From the IMG/VR virus record IMGVR_UViG_3300048592_000081, positions 1 through 55,792 of that record: 55,792 nucleotides of DNA. One strand, written 5' to 3'. Shown piece after piece: positions 53,517 through 55,792 of this stretch. The position numbers were made by a program, and so were the translations under genes. The notes under the pieces were generated by a model that was not told the origin of the DNA, ran no database searches, and saw only the letters and a program-made list of their open reading frames with translations. Origin of the DNA: a virus (lineage: Duplodnaviria > Caudoviricetes). How positions within the stretch are numbered: the first letter of the stretch is position 1; the number at the start of each line of letters is the position of its first letter.

Positions 53517-54153
53517 AACTACTCCGAGCGCCGTGTTCGTGCGTCAGGTCTTCCATGTGACGCGAGACGGCATCACCGAACAGAAGGATGTCCCCATTCG
53601 GCTCACCGAGGACATGCGGTTTGCCATCAACGTCCCCGACTACGTGTCGAACACGATCAACGTCAGCAGCGAACTGTACGGTGACAGCGCGAACGACGTG
53701 CTCAACAAGTACGAGGAAGTGTGCGACGACTACGCACGGTGGAAGCTCGGCTCCGAGAGCAAGCCGATGCTCCGACTGCGCGTGGCCTTCTCGCCGATCG
53801 ATGGCGGCGTGAAACTTCACGGCATTGCCGCCATTGCTGGCATGGGCCTGATGCCCGTGTGGGTCGTCGACAAGAAGGATGCCGGGACGTTCGTCTTCAA
53901 GCGGGAAGGCGACAGCCTGGGTCATCGGACAGAGATCGACCCGACCTCCGATGTGCTGCTCGCAGACACCCCGGAGATCCGCCAGAAGATCGAGGTGCTG
54001 ACCAACACGATCACCGTGGCTTCCGACATTCTCGCCCTCGTGCCGCGGGCAAGCGATCCCGCTGCCTACATCATGGCGATCGAGACCGACCTGAGCAAGA
54101 CCAAGCCGGTGCAAGCCGACACTTCCCCTGTCGTCGAAGACGACGATCTGTGA
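53506..54153 (+). CDS. hypothetical protein
   Basis: GAGGA-N5-ATG 53506. Confidence 0.8.
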   Translation: MNSETTPSAVFVRQVFHVTRDGITEQKDVPIRLTEDMRFAINVPDYVSNTINVSSELYGDSANDVLNKYEEVCDDYARWKLGSESKPMLRLRVAFSPIDGGVKLHGIAAIAGMGLMPVWVVDKKDAGTFVFKREGDSLGHRTEIDPTSDVLLADTPEIRQKIEVLTNTITVASDILALVPRASDPAAYIMAIETDLSKTKPVQADTSPVVEDDDL

Positions 54154-54170
54154 GCCCAAGGAGAAACGAC

Positions 54171-54437
54171 ATGGCTACGAAGAAGACCGCCGCCAAGAAG
54201 GCGACCCCGAAGAAGACCGCCGCCAAGAAGGCGCCGGCCACGAAAGCCGAGGTGTTCCGCAGCGACTACAAGCCCGGCGCTCGGGTCAAGGTGACGCGCC
54301 GCAATGGCGTCGTGGTTGCCGGCCGCGTGGTCGAGGTCTTCAGCAAGGCCACGGGCGCCTTCATCAAGGTCAACTACGGCACGAAGCAGATGCCGTTGAT
54401 CGGCGACTTCCGGCCGCGCGTGGTCAAGGGGTACTGA
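54171..54437 (+). CDS. histone-H1-like Lys/Ala repeat protein with small beta-barrel domain
   Basis: AAGGAG SD; MATKKTAAKKATPKKTAAKKAPA then an SH3/KOW-like PG.RVKV...G.V segment. Confidence 0.85.
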   Translation: MATKKTAAKKATPKKTAAKKAPATKAEVFRSDYKPGARVKVTRRNGVVVAGRVVEVFSKATGAFIKVNYGTKQMPLIGDFRPRVVKGY

Positions 54438-54439
54438 CC

Positions 54440-54736
54440 ATGGCGCTCGATCGTGACAAGCCGCTCGGTCAGCGGCGCGGTGACGGATACCACTTCGGCA
54501 TTCCGACGCACAGCCTCCCTCGCGCCATGCGGCGTGTCAGCGTGGGAGCGTCGGATGAACTGAAGAGGGACGCCTGCGGCTGGCTCGACCACGCAGGCCA
54601 GCCGCACGGCCGCCACCTGGACAAGTTGGCTCGCAAGGCCAACGCCAAGACGCTGACCATCGTTGGCGGTCGACGTGGCCCCTACGACGGCATGCAACTG
54701 CAGTCGAGGTTCCCCTTCTCCAACAAGAGGAAGTGA
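54440..54736 (+). CDS. basic hypothetical protein
   Basis: Last ORF of the rightward arm, converging on the late operon end. Confidence 0.7.
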   Translation: MALDRDKPLGQRRGDGYHFGIPTHSLPRAMRRVSVGASDELKRDACGWLDHAGQPHGRHLDKLARKANAKTLTIVGGRRGPYDGMQLQSRFPFSNKRK

Positions 54737-54772
54737 CAGGCGTGGGCGGCAACTTGACGCCGCTTCAACCCC

Positions 54773-54961
54773 TCACGCAGCAATGCGTGTGATCTCGACT
54801 TGAATCGAAGTGCCTTGCCCAATGACCGGAAGCAGCAATGCCTCTCCGGTCATTTCTATTTGGACATCATAGAAGGCTTCTCCCGAAGCCCGCTTGACCG
54901 ACAGTTCGATCTCGACCTGAGAATCGAAGCCGTACCAAGGCTCGACGGCAATAGAAATCAT
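54773..54961 (-). CDS. small beta-rich protein, last gene of the fibre module
   Basis: ATG 54961 overlaps the upstream stop (ATGA). Confidence 0.65.
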   Translation of the reverse strand: MISIAVEPWYGFDSQVEIELSVKRASGEAFYDVQIEMTGEALLLPVIGQGTSIQVEITRIAA

Positions 54962-55791
54962 CGGACCACCTTGGGCGCGAATCGCCACCAGGGCTCGATG
55001 GTCGCAGTCAGCCGCAACATCGGCGGCAAGGTGTCAGACTCGATCAACCAAATGAGCGTGAGATCCTGCTGTGCCGATCCGATGATCTGCCACGTCAGTT
55101 CTTGATCCTGCTCGGCGGCGTTCAGTGTGTCCCAGGCAAGCGTTCGATCGGCCTCGACATCGTTCGCTATGCCCCACGCAAGATCCACGTCTCGCTCGAC
55201 CCCGTTGAGGATGTTCCAAGCGAGCGCCTGATCGGCAGTCACAACACCCGTAGGAGCCTCGATATCCCATGAGAGGGGGCGATCCTGCTCGGCGGCGTTC
55301 AGTGTGTCCCAGGACAGCGATTGATCGTTCTGAACTGCATTGGTGATGCCCCACTCGATCAATCGATCTGACTGGATCGCATTGAGGACATCCCAATTCA
55401 ACGCTCGGTCGCTGACAACCGTTCCAGGTTGTTCTGCTATGTCCCAAGTCAGTGAAACGTCAGACTGAACTGCACCAAACGTGTTCCACTCAATCGGAAG
55501 ATCCGATTGAACGGCGATCAGGATGTTCCAGGTCAGCGAAGCATTCGACTCAACAGCATTGCCGATGCCCCACTCGATCGATTGATCGGATTGGACGGCG
55601 TTGAGGACATCCCACAAAAGCGCTTGATCATGAGTGACCGTGCCTGCAGTTGCTTCAATGTCCCACGAGAGCGCTTGGTCCTGCTGCGCGCTGCCGAGCG
55701 TGTTCCAGGTGAGCGCTTGGTCCTGCTGCGCGCTGCCGAGCGTGTTCCAGGTGAGGGCTTGGTCCTGCTGCGCGCTGCCGAGCGTGTTCCA
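54958..55791 (-). CDS. 3' part of the junction-spanning Trp-repeat fibre-like protein
   Basis: Frame open from the window end to the stop at 54958; about 18 D..L.W repeats of 14 aa with three longer hinge units. Confidence 0.85.
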   Translation of the reverse strand, partial: WNTLGSAQQDQALTWNTLGSAQQDQALTWNTLGSAQQDQALSWDIEATAGTVTHDQALLWDVLNAVQSDQSIEWGIGNAVESNASLTWNILIAVQSDLPIEWNTFGAVQSDVSLTWDIAEQPGTVVSDRALNWDVLNAIQSDRLIEWGITNAVQNDQSLSWDTLNAAEQDRPLSWDIEAPTGVVTADQALAWNILNGVERDVDLAWGIANDVEADRTLAWDTLNAAEQDQELTWQIIGSAQQDLTLIWLIESDTLPPMLRLTATIEPWWRFAPKVVR

Positions 55792-55792
55792 G
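55669..55792. repeat. 42-bp tandem repeat (~3 copies), same unit as 1..106
   Basis: Units start at 55669, 55711 and 55753; 55747..55792 equals 1..46. Confidence 0.97.

Overview
The window appears to be an essentially complete, circularly permuted ~55.8-kb tailed dsDNA phage genome. Both ends lie inside the same 42-bp tandem repeat, and one gene runs in frame across the junction. Gene content and order match the Chi/BcepNazgul-like siphoviruses (Casjensviridae-type). A divergent Cro-like HTH plus primase-helicase faces a minus-strand operon: MazG-like, DUF2800 nuclease, DUF2815 SSB, DNA polymerase, VRR-NUC, SNF2 helicase, DUF1441 TerS, lambda-like TerL/gpW/portal/S49/decoration/capsid, tail tube, frameshifted chaperone, 1468-aa tape measure, tail tip, GH19 endolysin and an accessory fibre module. 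Two accessory arms (42.1-45.1 kb minus, 45.7-54.7 kb plus) hold mostly small genes, including RdgC. I saw no integrase, tRNA, CRISPR array or reverse transcriptase. The host is probably a betaproteobacterium (inference from the PEP-CTERM gene). Main points of interest: (1) a family-B polymerase split in its fingers domain by an HNH-AP2 endonuclease gene that appears to bring charge-complementary coiled-coil arms to rejoin the halves; (2) a phage-borne MHFG-type PEP-CTERM exosortase substrate; (3) a shared acidic C-terminal [DE][DEG]L tag on about 13 proteins, partly a recurring SD/stop-start cassette; (4) a class-3 intein in the TerL P-loop; (5) an endolysin fused to a holin-like domain with its own internal RBS; (6) a Trp-repeat fibre module with an apparently gene-split Ig/FN3 domain; (7) a Chi-like cos candidate, an origin candidate and several structured RNA leaders. 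All family assignments are by motif recognition; no database search was run.
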